In this document: positions 38,451 through 51,536 of the stretch, piece after piece | Layout: each line of letters begins with the position of its first letter | How positions within the stretch are numbered: the first letter of the stretch is position 1 | NCBI GenBank assembly: GCA_965112155.1 | Contig: OZ218114.1 | Length of the DNA: 64,000 bases | Source: Podarcis liolepis | Taxonomy: Eukaryota | Strand: one strand, 5' to 3' | Program-made: the position numbers and the translations under genes | The notes under the pieces: model-generated | What the model saw: the letters and a program-made list of their open reading frames with translations, nothing else | Databases searched by the model: none | What the model was told of the DNA's origin: nothing

Positions 38451-39139
38451 ATAAAAAAGAAAATCAGTCAGATCATCTTTGGGTAAAGTCTGACAGTGTG
38501 GTATTATCTCCCCTGGGCAGGCGAGTCTTGTCTGTCTGTCTGTCTTGTATCCCACCTTAAAATGTAAGAAATGGTGCCTGCATGATGTCTTAGAATAAGG
38601 CTTTCCATTGAGTAATGTGTAGAAACGTCTGGGGGTGTGCAGCTAGAATGTTTGCAGCAGGTGTTAGGGGAAATTATGACACGTTCTTCCTAAGTCTGCA
38701 ACAAGGAAACCTTTGGTAAAGTTATTGAGGGCTTGCTTGGCAAAGCAACTTAGTCGATCATGACCACTGCTGAGGAACTAGAGATTTAAGCAGCCATGTA
38801 CTGCACTGACCCTGCACCAGGGATGGGAAACCTACAACAGCTCCCACCTCTGACTTACAACTCCCATCAGTCGCTGAACATTATCCAGGCTGGTTGGGGC
38901 TCATGGGAGTTGAAGTCCAGCAACATCTTGAGAGCCACAGAATCTTTGGTATCACCTGGCTTCCAGGACCAGGAAGACGCCAGTTTGCAGCGTTGTAGCT
39001 TGGCTCAAACTGCCTGCATTTCCCTCTTCCAGCCAGTCAGGGGGCTAGGTACTGGCCACGGGGCTCAAGGCAATACCTGACCCTTGTCAATCACAGAAGG
39101 CACAATGGGACATTTTTTGCCAAAGTATTTTGGCGTTTC

Positions 39140-39730
39140 ACACTTGTCTGTTTTTACTTGTTTACAAGCATTTCTAAACCACTTAATATTTAAAATCTCT
39201 GAACCATGTTGAAAATTGAAAACATAAAAACAGTGAAACTGTATAATAAAAACAGATAAAACCAATTCTAGTAAAAACAGGGTCCAGTCTTATGGGTCAG
39301 GGAAACTCTAGGCAAGAGAAAGTGGCTGAGGCAACGTCTGGCAGAGGAAAGAGCAATCCATAAGGCAGAGGCAACAGTGGAGAACACTTGTTTTTAGCTC
39401 TCACCACCCTATGATATTCTGTAGAGTATGGTGCCACAAGCCATTTCCCTCCAAATTGTCTAAGTGTCCTTACAAGTCTCCATAGCAGCAGTCTTTCAGA
39501 TAACGTGGCTTAGGGTTGTCCAAGTCTTTATATGTTAATAACAAGACTTTGAACATGACACAGACACTAGCTGGCAGCCAGTCCAGGTCCCTCAGCACAG
39601 GTGGAACATGTGTGCGTCCCGGTGCTCCAGTCAACAACCTGGCAGCTGCATTCTGCACTCCCTGCAGCTTCTCCGCCATTCTTGAGGGAAGCCCCACACA
39701 GCGAGCATGTCCTATTGTTGGGTCCTTCCA
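39140..39730 (-). mobile_element. Degenerate L2 LINE 3' portion
   Basis: ORF 39470-39697(-) KLQGVQNAAARLLTG..PVLRDLDWLP..FKVLLLTYK is an L2 ORF2 motif. Confidence 0.85.
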
Positions 39731-41619
39731 GCCTTACAGTTCTGAAGCACGCTTTGGACCCGTTTAGCTCCAACGTTGTACATTGGACCTCTACTAGCAA
39801 CCCAAACTAAGCAACGTCAAAGAACGGCCGCTGGTTTTTGAAGTATAAAAGTAGGAGACGGTAACGGCAGGTTTCCCGTTGGCTTGTATGCCCAGCGCTA
39901 CATGTGCTGAGTGTCGGCGCTCCTTGTTCGACAGCGTCTCCCTGATGTACACATTACTACACGCAGCTTCTGCCTCCACTTTCATCTGTATCGGCAGCAT
40001 TAAATATTATTATATCATTTACTCTCTCGAGCAGGAAAATGATGTTTGGCAGCTTGTTCTATGAATTTTTCATAAAGATAAAAAGCGGCCTAATCTTGTG
40101 AGCTTTAACTCTCAGTAGCAGTAATGGCTTTGATTTAAAGTGTTTTGTCTTAATGATAGTTATATTGAAAATTTCCTGCTGCTTTCAAGCACGCACGGTT
40201 ATTATCATAAACACTGATGGTGCAAACGGCTGCCAAATTGCGTGTGGCTGCTTATGGCAAGAGAGGAGAGAAAAAGAGAGACAGGGAGCTCTGTCGACAG
40301 GTTGCTGTCAGTGAGACCTTTCAATCTGAGAGCATTTTGAGTCTTCCCGAAGTTTTGCTTTGACCTCCAGAAGTGACTTTTGGGGTTCTCGTCACTTCTC
40401 AGCACTGTGGTCCACAGCCAGGCAAGGATAGCAAGATGAAGCAGAATCTCAGGCAGTGTTTGTACAGCTGTTCTCCTGGAAAGCACCCTTAATAAAGGAG
40501 CGTTTACACACGCTGCCATCATTCTGCGCTAAAGTCGGAACACACAGTTGTTAAGTGTCCTCTGGAGGGCCAAGGCCCTCAATAGAGACCAATTATTTAC
40601 ATCCACTTGGGCAGAAATTCCCCATGTTGCACGATCCTGCAGAAAATGGCCTACAAACAGATTTGGGGTCACTTCCCAATGGCTGATGCACTTGGAAAGA
40701 GAAAGAGTTGGAAGCCCAGGGTTTGTCAGTCCTGCAAGGAACACCACACCAAGGGGAATTAGTTGGCATGGAAATTAATTCTGCATGAGTGAGTTCTGCT
40801 TTGAATGTCCTTGTGGGGGAAATCACTTCCCCTCTCATTTTTCTCGGTGTGCACTCTTAAGATGTGTGTTGAGAAACAGAAGAGAGTCAACGTGTATCAT
40901 TCTGTCTAGCTTCTGGGAGATCTGCGATACATGTCTTTGGGACCTAAACAGGTAGCTATCTGACCCTTCACAAGTTACAAAGGCACAAGGCAAGTGTCTG
41001 CTTTGCAGCAGATATTTAAGAGTACTGGTCAAACCTCAAAAAAGAAAGAAACTTAGTAATGCAGGTGCTTTGTGCTACGATCTAATGAGAAAGAAACTAT
41101 CACAAAACTCTGCAAAGATTCATGGAAGTTTGGAGCAGAAAAGTAATTTCCTGAGAGTTATTTATTTTTCCCTGTTCAATTCTTTCCTGAATTCACCATC
41201 TGGAGGCTCTGTTTTCATAATGGGGTGATCTATTTTGGTGATACAGTTGATGCTGAAAGTAAGAAATAAATAAATAAATAAATCTTCCTTTCTGTTTTAT
41301 TTAAGTTCATCTTTTCTGTCTTGCAAGTTCAGACCTGCTCTTGCCTTTTGCTGGAAGGCAATTATGAATGTGGAAGAGCAAAATTCTTCCTGATGCTGGG
41401 GGGGGGGGGTGTTCTTTGTTGTTACCAGTGGCTTACAACACAGATATTAAAATGTACCTCTAGCCCACTTGGCTTGGGAGAATAAATGTGTAGACTGGTT
41501 TGTTAAAATGCATGCAGACATTTTTGCACCAACCAGTTTGAGAATTGCTGTCCTTTAAAGGATGCCCATGATGTGAAATAAGAACAAGCTTAATATCCCA
41601 AATCCCAACCAACTGTGGA

Positions 41620-41860
41620 GTTCACTCTCTGCTTTGGTCAAACTTGGCTACTAGCCATGATGGCTATGCTCTGCCTCCACTATTTGGAGATAGTATACTT
41701 TGGAATACCAGTTGCCGGAAACCACAGGAAGGGAGAGTGTTGTTGCACTCAGCTCCTGCTTGCAGGCTCCCCATTGAAGCATCTGGTGGCCACTGGGAGA
41801 ACAGGATGCTAAACAAGGCGGGCCATTGCCCTGATTGAGCAGGGCTCTTAGTTCTTTTGA
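41620..41860 (+). mobile_element. Old LINE 3'UTR / SINE-like relic
   Basis: ggctactagccatgatggcta..gcatctggtggccactgggagaacaggatgct..agcagggctctta; similar text at ~4560-4710. Confidence 0.45.
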
Positions 41861-42783
41861 GATTCCCCCTGCTTAGCTAGGTTAAATGTGGAGTAGATCA
41901 ACTCTTTGTGATACCTGCCTATTAATTAATTTTTGTTACTTATGCTAGTTCTCAATCTGAAGGTTGTGACGAGGTTTAATGGAAATCAGCTTCTGTTTAC
42001 TTCCTACTGGGACCCAAACCAACTGAAATCCACAAACTGCCTTATTAAAGCCATAACTTTGTATGGTGTGAGACTCACTCATCTTATCTGGGGCTCTGTG
42101 GAGTTCAATTTTTATGGCCAGGGCATTAACACAAACTCCAAACCTTGCACTATGCAGTACTAAAATGGAGGTGGGGGTGGGAGTGATCTTGTAGGATCCA
42201 GTACAACAGGAAATCCAGGTAAGATCAAATAAGGAACATTTCTCAATAAATACATAGATATACTTTGGTACAAATAGTTATGCACACGCACACACACACA
42301 CTTTGTATACATTGCACCTGGTGGTTGGGGATTTTTTTGCTTTTTATGAGTTTGGGGAAAGGGACTTCATGTGGATGAACCCCTGTAGCTTTGCAAGGTT
42401 AGGCCCAGTCAGCTTGGTTCGGCTTTTCTCTACACTTCTCAGTATGTATTGCATTGGTTGTCATTTTAATCAGTTGGGGTTCTGTGTTTGCATACTTCTG
42501 TTCTTGTGCCTGTTTTGGAAAAGAATATATAGTACATCAGATGGTGAGTTTATGTTTTTTTGTTTTTTTACAAAATCCAGGCTCAATGCCTCTGAACCTA
42601 TGAGTCTGAGTAAGGACGCATGATCAAGCTGTGGTCCACTTGCTCCTCAAAATCCTACATACATATATTTTTGCTCTTGTTTCCGTGATTTGTAACTGTA
42701 AAAAAATAATAATAAAGTACAATTTAATATTGAAAATAAGAACCAATCCAGTATCCACAATGATAGAGTCACTGTATCTCCAG

Positions 42784-42960
42784 GGATCCCCGATTACGGT
42801 TTCTATTCTCCGCCCGGTGACCAACGGGCTCAATTATCGTACGCGGACTATGGTTCCATGGGGCCTCGGGTGGCTCAGATGCTTCGTAGCGAGCACCCTG
42901 CTTCAGCGAGTAACTCCCCCCTTCACCACCTTCCCAGCCCGGATCAATTTAAAAGCCCAG
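42784..42960 (+). CDS. MSI2: MSI2 cassette exon, 177 nt, (G)IPDYGFYSPPGDQRAQLSYADYGSMGPRVAQMLRSEHPASASNSPLHHLPSPDQFKSP
   Basis: Acceptor tgtatctccag|, donor CAG|GTTTGT, length divisible by 3, phase 1-1 like its neighbours, no stop in the MSI2 frame, sharp GC/CpG rise confined to the exon, and Y/G/S/P composition like the Musashi C-terminal region. Confidence 0.85.
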
Positions 42961-44660
42961 GTTTGTATAGAATTTCATTCATTTGGGGAAGCAAAAGAAA
43001 AGGAAAATGGCAATAGCATCACATATTTAGCGATGCACAGAAAGAGATCTGCATGCTATGTATGCCACTTAATGGTTGGCAATCAAACTTCACTCCATCC
43101 TTTTACTCAGTTCTAGAATTTTTGTCGACTTTGCTTCAGTTGTGAAGGGCACAGTTTTCTTTTAGGGGCTGTTCCAGATCTGATCAAATGTCAATCAAAA
43201 CCTTTTGTAGAGGCATGACAGCAGAGAGTGAAGTAGCTCATTAGATGTGCAGGGCAACCTTATTCATGTCTACTTGGAAGTAAGTCTTGAGCTTAAAAAG
43301 TGCATTCCCTCTTCAGATGGGTGTGAATCAAAATGTAACTGTATTCTTTAAAGATTATATAAAGGACCCTAATAATTTGTGTTGATTTTTTCAAGATTCT
43401 TCTTAACCCCAGAGATTTTGATGCAAAAGGTTTCAAACTGCATATTCTGTTGAAAGTTATTCTTAGCTAGGTATTTGACCTGAAAGAGATGCTTAGAATA
43501 AGGTGTGTGCGCTTGTGTATGAATGATACTTCATCCTCCTGAGAATCTTTTACTTTGCTTCTTCCAGAAATTTGCTTCTGACATTTGATGAGCTCTTTCA
43601 TTAGCAATCTGATCCTAAATACCTCTTCAGTGCACCTATCTTACGCTGCATAAGCTTCATGTAGTTTATCATTTCAACTGAACTGGGAACTATTGTTAGA
43701 TTTAACTATGGTTTCTCCAAACAATCCAAGATCAAATTGTGTTTTCTGATCCTGACTTGTTTGGATAAAACCATTGTTGAAATTAAATGAAAATCCTGGT
43801 TTGGATGAAACAATAAACAGTGGTTAGTTGAAAATGCTTTTGATTTGTTCTTTGTGGCTATAACAGGAAGAGAGGGGAGAGCAGACCAAGTCAGGCCACT
43901 AAATTACAACTTAGTGTTATGTCCAAACCTGGTCATTGTTTTCTACAAGGATTCCACAAATGTATCCATGACTTAGATTTTTAGCACACTCTTTCTTGAA
44001 ACAGACAGTCTTCTCAGGGCCCCTTCACACCTGTTTGTGAATCATCACCAAATCCAGATTCGCAAATTCTGCATTCCACCTAGAATGAACTCTCGCAATG
44101 AAACCTTGGTTTACATTATGTGTTGAAAGAGTTCCTACTGGTCTTAATGTTTAAATAAGAGGAGGAATGTCTTGCTGTTGCTCATAGGCATGTGGTGGCT
44201 TCTAAATATATACTTACATAGAGTTCACCACTTGAATGAGTCAGCCATCATCTCTCCCCTCCCCACCTTGGAAAATCCTACGTAACTAGATGGCCTAAAT
44301 ACCTGTACATGGGGTTGATTTTTTGACACTCTTGTAAAATTGCTGAAGTGCTTTTGCCTTGAAAATAGGAAGCCATCATTTCCTCCTCACTTTGTGAATC
44401 CACCTCAGTATAATGCGCCATATGCTAAGGCAGATGTCATAATGAATCATGGCTGGAAATTCCTCCCCATTTTATCAAAGAGAGTTTATCTTTCAGTGGT
44501 GACCTTTCTTGTCCAGAACTGGAGTAATTTGTGTGCAGGCTTTGTGTTAACATGCCAGTTCATAGGACAAAGTGCCTGATAAGCCAGCCTTAGCTCTCAC
44601 TTGTCAGCAGTGCCAGCAAAATCATGCTCTGGGCTCTCGCCACACAAGCACTCCTTAAAG

Positions 44661-44797
44661 CAGCCTTCCCCAACCTGGTGCCCTCCATATGTTTTTGACT
44701 ACAGCTCCCATCAGCCCCAGTCAGCACAGTCATGGGGCCTGCGGCTGATGGGAGCCGTAGTCAAAAACATATGGAGGGCACCAAATTGGGGGAGGTG
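44661..44797. mobile_element. hAT-type palindromic MITE
   Basis: ggtgccctccatatgtttttgactacagctcccatcagcc pairs with ggctgatgggagccgtagtcaaaaacatatggagggcacc; degenerate TSD CCTTAAAG / CTTTAAGA. Confidence 0.8.
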
Positions 44798-45054
44798 CTT
44801 TAAGATTTCACCATTTAAGCTCCTCACCTTGCTTCCAAATCATGCAGTAAGCAGAATAGTAGATTCCCCTTTGTCTCAGGAGAGAAAGTCCTGTTTCCCA
44901 TTTGCATATGTTAATTCATCAAATCATGAATTAAAAATTGGCCAGCATTGAGGCGCACCTAAAACTGTTTTAGATACAATAGTTTAAAATCAGCAAGTAG
45001 GAACACTCAAGCCAGGATCAAAACAAATGGTGGGACTAGTTTGCCTGGTATTTT

Positions 45055-45202
45055 GGATAGCTCAGTTGATTAGAGTTTGGTACTGATAATGCCAAGGTCA
45101 CAGTTTTATCCCCATACAGGAAAGTTGCATATTCCTGCATTGAAGGGGGTTGGACTATATGATCCCCGGAGTCCCTTCCAACTCTACAATTCTGCTATTC
45201 TA
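45055..45202 (+). mobile_element. SINE with tRNA-like head and CR1-derived tail
   Basis: gatagctcagttgattagag..tgataatgccaaggtc head, then ggttggactatatgatcccc..cccttccaactctacaattct..attcta (CR1 3' end). Confidence 0.75.
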
Positions 45203-45959
45203 AGTGAGCATGCAAAAGTGCTTTGAACAGTGAGGGGGCTCTAAGGATCATTGCAGAACAGCCAGAATGTACATGCAGGTAGCCTTTTATGTTTAAAGGT
45301 ATTTAATTGCATTATGTCCTGGTGAGCCATCAGGTAGAATTCTGCCTGTATTCTTTTCATTATATCACCACAATGGCTGATTCAGATATCTGAACAGCCA
45401 AAGTTTGCCCACTTCCTTACTCAGTTGTGTTTTGCTGGTCCGCAACAGCCATCTTCAGTGGAAACCACAGAGGAAGGGTGAGATACCAGAAAAATCAGAA
45501 AGCAGGAAAGATTGGACAAATCAGTTATTCCTTCTTTGGCTTTTGCTGATTGGCTGCAGGCAGAAAGCATGAAGGGAGAAAGCATGCATTAGACATGTTC
45601 CCACAGGAAATAATGGATATGAGCATCTCGTTTTGTGAATACTCGCCAGACAATATATTTTCTGGGAATGAATCCTGTTCGGAAGGCGAGACCTATGTGT
45701 ACATGTTACGTTGCACCTTGTTTTACCGAAGAGATGCTACAGAAATAAAGCTTAAAATCTATAGGTAGGAATGTATAGGTTTAGGGTGCAGAAGTGTGCG
45801 AATTTTTAACACATATATTGAAACAGTTATGTCCCTAATGAAGTTTGGAAATGAAGTCCTCAGAGAAGGAGGATGCTGAATATGAAGGAGATGAGATCCA
45901 AAAGAGAAAAGCAGGAGGGATTTATATTAAATGCCACATTCTGTAGCAAGGACCTTTTT

Positions 45960-46068
45960 AAAAATGTTTTTTAAATGTTTGATGTTATATTATGTTTTTA
46001 TATGTGTTGGAAGCCGCCCAGAGTGGCTAGGGCAACCCAGCCAGACGGGCGGGGTATAAATAATAACA
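45960..46068 (+). mobile_element. L2-type LINE extreme 3' end
   Basis: ggaagccgcccagagtggctagggcaacccagccagacgggcggggtataaataataa. Confidence 0.65.
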
Positions 46069-49000
46069 TTAGTAGTAGCATGAGTCCCCTCCCTCCCCAG
46101 CCAAATTTGATACTGCAGTGAACAGTCCCAATCCACAGCAACATATGGCACCTTCAGTGTGCTGTGGGAAGAGTAACTTTTCATATGTCTCAGTCTTCTT
46201 TCATACCCACCTAACTTCCTCCTGTCTCAGAAGAAAAGAAAAGGAGGGATTAGAACTTGGATTCAATATGTGCCTGGTGAGGAAGAACAGAGTGAGTTTT
46301 CTTGGTGCCGGTGCTTTTCTTCTAGAAAAAAAGGTGTCGGTAGTACTGCGTAGCCTTGAGTACTCCCAGAAAAAAGCGCTTGTCTTGGCATCAGCTCTGC
46401 CTTCTGTACTCCCTTCTCCAAAGCTCTCCCCCACTTGAGCTCTTTTACTTATTTGCCCTTTGGGTGATAATTTCCCCGTTTTTGAAAACCAGGGCTCAGT
46501 GTGTTGTAATGTTGGATAAAGACTGGGGACTCAGGTTCCACTTGCCCCCAACTGAGCCATGGGCCTCACTGGGTGACCTTAGGCCAGTCACCACCTCAGG
46601 CTATGCTGCCTTACAGGGGTAGAAATGAGACAGGATGATAGATGCCACCTGCAGCTCCTTGGAGAAAACACGCGTTACAGATATTTTTATAGAAACATAA
46701 AAATGAGCTTGCAGTAAAAAAGATGGAGCAGGGGTGTCACAGCGTTCCTTTACTGACAGTCTCCTGAGCACCTTTTAGTACTCCCTGAAATAATAGGGTA
46801 GTCACCAGCTCATCCAGAATCATTTCATTCAGCCTGCTGGTTGTTTTGCTAGCTTGCTTAAACAAACCTGTTAAGTGAGTGGTCTCTGTTTTCCCTGCGA
46901 TGTGGAAGGTGGTATCTTAGATTTCTACAAGCTAAATCTCTTGCCATTTCTTAGGGCTACTCTGCCTGCTATTTGTTTTAGGTGCACATCAAAAAATGTA
47001 ATGTGCAAGTGAAGCAAACACGTGTACTATTCAGGTACGGCGACTGGCTGTGGTCTGTAGTTAAAAGCTCACAGTGCCAGACTCAGGTTTGTCTTGGTTT
47101 AATGTGCAAAATGGCCTTAAATGATTCTGGGAATAGTTCTCTCTTTATGGCAGTCCCAATATTTACCAGCCCCGCTCCCAATCTTCTTTTCTCCGGGTGC
47201 AGCAAAAAGCTATCCCTTCAGTTTCTCCCCTTCACTTACATCTTAAAACATTCCATTTCCGCTTTGATCCTCTCGATCCTATTTCCTCCCACCTCTTGTT
47301 TTAAATTATGGTAGCCCAACTGGACAAAATTGGTCATCGGAGACTCGATCAGCGTGATGCTGTTGTTTTCCATTGCTTGGATACATCGCTTTCTCTAATG
47401 TGCCCCCCCCCCAGGGGCTGCGTTTTAGGTTGTAGGGCTTTTCCCCCTAGTTTGCTTTTGAACAATGCATTATTGCTGACTCACACTCATCTTGTTCTCT
47501 CTATTAAGCAGCCGGAGGAACCGAGTCTGCGACGTGAAGTGCGTGATTGCGAGTCCATGTCATTATTTTTAGCTCCTAATTGAATGTGAACTTGCTGGAC
47601 CTCAGTGTGTAATCTAGGTTAATGGGCACACAATGTGGCATTAGAGCTTCCCACACTCATTCCTGTTTGTGGCCCAGTTCCGTTTTCTGAAGGGGAAGGT
47701 GGGAAACAGACTTTTACTACTTTATTAGTTTCTCACCAGAGACTCATTTGGGAGCTGCAGGCTGGCGTTGACAGGAAGGTTAGATCCACTGTCCAATAAA
47801 CCTGGAGATTACAGCTGCTTTTACCACTATATTCCCCCTCCCATTGCAGTCATCAACCTGCATGACCCCAATTTAAAAAGAGCCCAAAATAGTAATCCAT
47901 CACTTTTTGTTTGTGCATTTTTGTTTTTACTTGTTTCAAAAATATTGCTTTGCCCTGTACTTCATAAAACTTCATGACCGCGAAATGGAATTGACTTATT
48001 CCATAGCTTTTCAGTGCAGAGATCATGTTTTCATCTCAAGTTGAATGGCAAGGATTTTACCGCTCAAATTGCTCATTTGCACAAGATACTGGGCAACCTG
48101 AAAATTAAGAGGATGAAGAGAAAACATTGTGCAATCACCATCCATCTGTAGAAGAGTATTCCTTTTTATTCTTTCCTGCCTCCCACCCCAGAACTGCTCA
48201 CTACAGCATCTTCTGCCCAGCATTGAAAATAGAACCCATAAACTAAACTCATAAGGGTCAACTTTAGGGATGGAATTTTCTGAAAATCACAGTGTTGATT
48301 ATCAACACACTTTTTTTTTCCTCATTCCAGCCTCAGTCCTGAAGGGAAGCAACTTATTTTTTACTGGTTCTGCTTAAACTACAGATAATTGCCACATATT
48401 ATATGCATAATTATAGGTATAATATTAAACACATATTACATATGAATACATTCCAGGTTTCCCAAGATAACAGATGCATACAACAAGGCATGAATTTAAA
48501 AAAATGTATCTAGTTTTATATGTTTCATATTTATAAAATCACACTAGCAAAGCATCAGCTTGCTTTTCCATCCTCCCTCCCGTTCCTTTTAACTCATGTG
48601 ATGCCTTTTTTCAGATTGCGAGATGCTTTTTGTAAGCTGCTCAGAGCCTTTTTGGTTAAAGGACTGAATATAAATACAAAATATATAAATGCTGTGTAAA
48701 TGAATAATGCAGTGGCAAGAGGAAACCAATCCCTGGCTCCAGACCTGGGGAGCCAACACCAGATCTAAGGCCAGTCTGGCAAGGGTGTCCTCCTCAGGCA
48801 GAGAGTTGTTTGGAGATCCCCCAGACAGTGTTAGTGAAGACAAAGTACAAAAAGAAGTCTTTGCCCACCACTCAGGGGAAAAAGAGGTGTCTGTTTAAAG
48901 AAACATTGTCTTCTCACTCCAAGACTAGCTCTCCCTTCAAGTTGCACACCTAGAGACCCCAAGCCCAGATAGCCACAGCCCTCAAAACATCAACCCAAGC

Positions 49001-50693
49001 CTGGACCCTGACATCTGGCAAGAATCTTCCAGGGGTAGAAGCAGTGTGAGAAGGCTGCACACTGGAATTCCAAGTGATCCCAAGGGACAGGTTTGTGCAG
49101 ATCCAGTCCTCAAAGAACCCCACCAGACACCCAAAGACCCCAGGCAGTCAGCCTCTTCAGATCAAGGCCATTGCACCCGTTTCTCACAGGGATTCTCTTT
49201 CGCATCTCTCTTTGTGCTGCTGCCTCCCCCCTCGGCCTGGTTTCAAAACTCCTTAATTTTATTTTCAGTGTTCTTCTGAACAAAACAGCAGCAGGTTCCC
49301 ACTTTTTGTTGTCCAGTCTAAATAAGAAAGTTTGAGCTAAAAAATTACACCCTGCAAGTTATACATTCTCTCTGGCACTTCAAATAGGTTTTTAAGCTTT
49401 TAGATTTGGCATGTTCTCTGATTTTCCCATCACCTCCCATGCTTATTTAAGATTTGTTTCTGAAATACATTATCAGATGACTACTCCCTTCCTTTTTGAT
49501 ACTTCACGTCTAACTTGCAGTATTTTTTAAGTCTTACAAGGATGCTTGTATTGGAAAAGTATATTACAGCAATATATTCTGATTAAAAGCCAGTCTCTGC
49601 AAGGTGCTTTTTCTCTGTGGCAGTTCCAAGACCTGTCTTCTCTAATGTGTTGGGTCTACTGCAGACTGCCAGCTCTGTAACAGCTTTTCCAAATGCTCCT
49701 CTGAAGTTTTTGCAACTCGCTGTTTTGTAGGTCATGAACACAAAAGGAGCCGAGACATCTTCTACTCCTCTAGTGTATTTGCAAGATAATGTCCCAGTGG
49801 GCGTGCTTTTTATGCTTTGCATTTCTCCTGTAGTCAATTCTGCGATCACAGCGAACTATCAAAATGATGTTCAAACAATGGGAAATTACCCTTGACTTTG
49901 TATAGTCAACAGTCTTTGTTCAGACTTCACAAGCAAATCCTGAATGTACAAACAGTATCATTCATATGTGTGTGTGTTTAACAACTGTGAAAAGATACAT
50001 TTCAATATGTTCTGGTGAATTCAGTTGGTTGGTTGCAAGGCTACTTGGAGGGGGCAAGTGTCCCTGAAGGTGTAGGGGCACTGCGGGGGCTTGCTCCTGT
50101 TCCCTAAGTTCCTGCAGTCTAAAACAATTAGGCCCAAAATTGTTGGGCAGAACACTGAGAAAAAGTCCCCAACCTCTGGAATCTGATAAGTTTGCTCACA
50201 CTTTCTTGCAAATTGTCCGTTTTGCAGTTGTTGTTCCCATTAAGAAGGACATTTCCCCCTATCGATATCTTCCAGAATTCCCCTGGCAGAGTGAGCTTAC
50301 TTGGCTCTTTCCACTAGCACAGCAGAGACCAGTTAAATGCTCTCCCTAGGTAGGAGTGCAGGCAGTGGATGTCATTTTGGAGAAGGAAAAAATACTGCTC
50401 CAAGCAACTTGGCCTTGTGTGCAGTTGTACATCTCTACTGGTGTTCAATCAGTTGAGGCTAAACTGTTGACATGGCCCTGTGGGCTTGGTGCACTGTATT
50501 CAGGCTCACCCTGGGGATGGGTGGGTGATGCAACACCCCCTTTCCCCTGAGTAGTGTTGAACGTTTGACTGATCAGAGAAGATTTGGTTAACTGTCACAC
50601 AACAGTCAATAATTTTTAAAGCATTAACTTTTATGATGACAACAAAAGCAATAATCATTAGATCACTGTTATAGGGAAACAAGGCTGATATTT

Positions 50694-50723
50694 ATTACTA
50701 CTACTACTACTATTATTATTATT
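50694..50723. repeat. Compound (TAC)n(TAT)n microsatellite
   Basis: tactactactactactattattattatta. Confidence 0.9.
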
Positions 50724-51056
50724 AAAATCTAATTTTGTTAGGATACCTGGCAAGGCATCTATAAATGCAAACAGTTCACAGGTCCTAAAATCTTTTGGTC
50801 CCAGGCAGGATTCCTATGAACTTTAGGAAGCTTCTGAGAGTGGAAACAGAGATCTCATTTTTGGATTCCCCCTTCCTGCTGTGGAAACTCTGGCGGCCTT
50901 TGCACTACCAATATGGCAGCCCAGACATCAATAGGGCTGAGAAGGTCTGTAGACCTGGGGAAGGCTTGGATCTAAAGCCTTCCCAGTCCTCTGACACACC
51001 CCAAACTGAAGATTAAATCCAAACAATGGAAACAATGCTAGGGAAATAATTTAAAT

Positions 51057-51536
51057 TAGAGGTTTTCAAGCTCTGATTTTGAGGTTTTGAATCCATGGCT
51101 CCCTTAACCGACTACATTCTTTCTGTGGCACCCCTGTTGGGCTGAGGAACCCAGTTATGTCACCCCCTGACTGCAGAGTTGGCAGCCTCTCATCCTTTTG
51201 TGAACACCCTTGTGGAGGGTTCCCTCAGCCTCCTCTCCTCTCCCCTCTCTACTTGGGAGTCCTCTGAGCAGCTGCTGCTGCTGCTGCCGCCCCCGGTCTC
51301 TGAGCCACCCCCCACACCAAAGAGAGGGGCCTCCAAGAGGCACCATTCACCTGCAGAGTTTATAGTCAGGGCTGCTGCAATAAACAGTTGTGCAAGCCTT
51401 TGGGAGGCAGAGACTTGAGAGGGCATCAGAGGAGGGAGGGAAGGAAAGAGGGATGGAGGCCTGTGTTGTCCGTGGCACCTCTAACCATCACTCAAGGCAC
51501 CCCAGGGAGCCACAGCACCCTGGCTGAAAATCACTG
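51057..51536. mobile_element. hAT-type non-autonomous DNA transposon
   Basis: Ends tagaggttttcaa / gctgaaaatcactg; 8-bp TSD ATTTAAAT / ATTTAAAC; subterminal ggcacccc repeats. Confidence 0.7.

Noticed and set aside
42631-43116. 161-aa ORF in the track
   Set aside because: Wrong frame. It is open because it overlaps the GC-rich 177-nt exon, whose MSI2-compatible frame is different.
45055-45125. tRNA-like sequence
   Set aside because: B-box is decayed and it is fused to a CR1 tail, so it is a SINE head.
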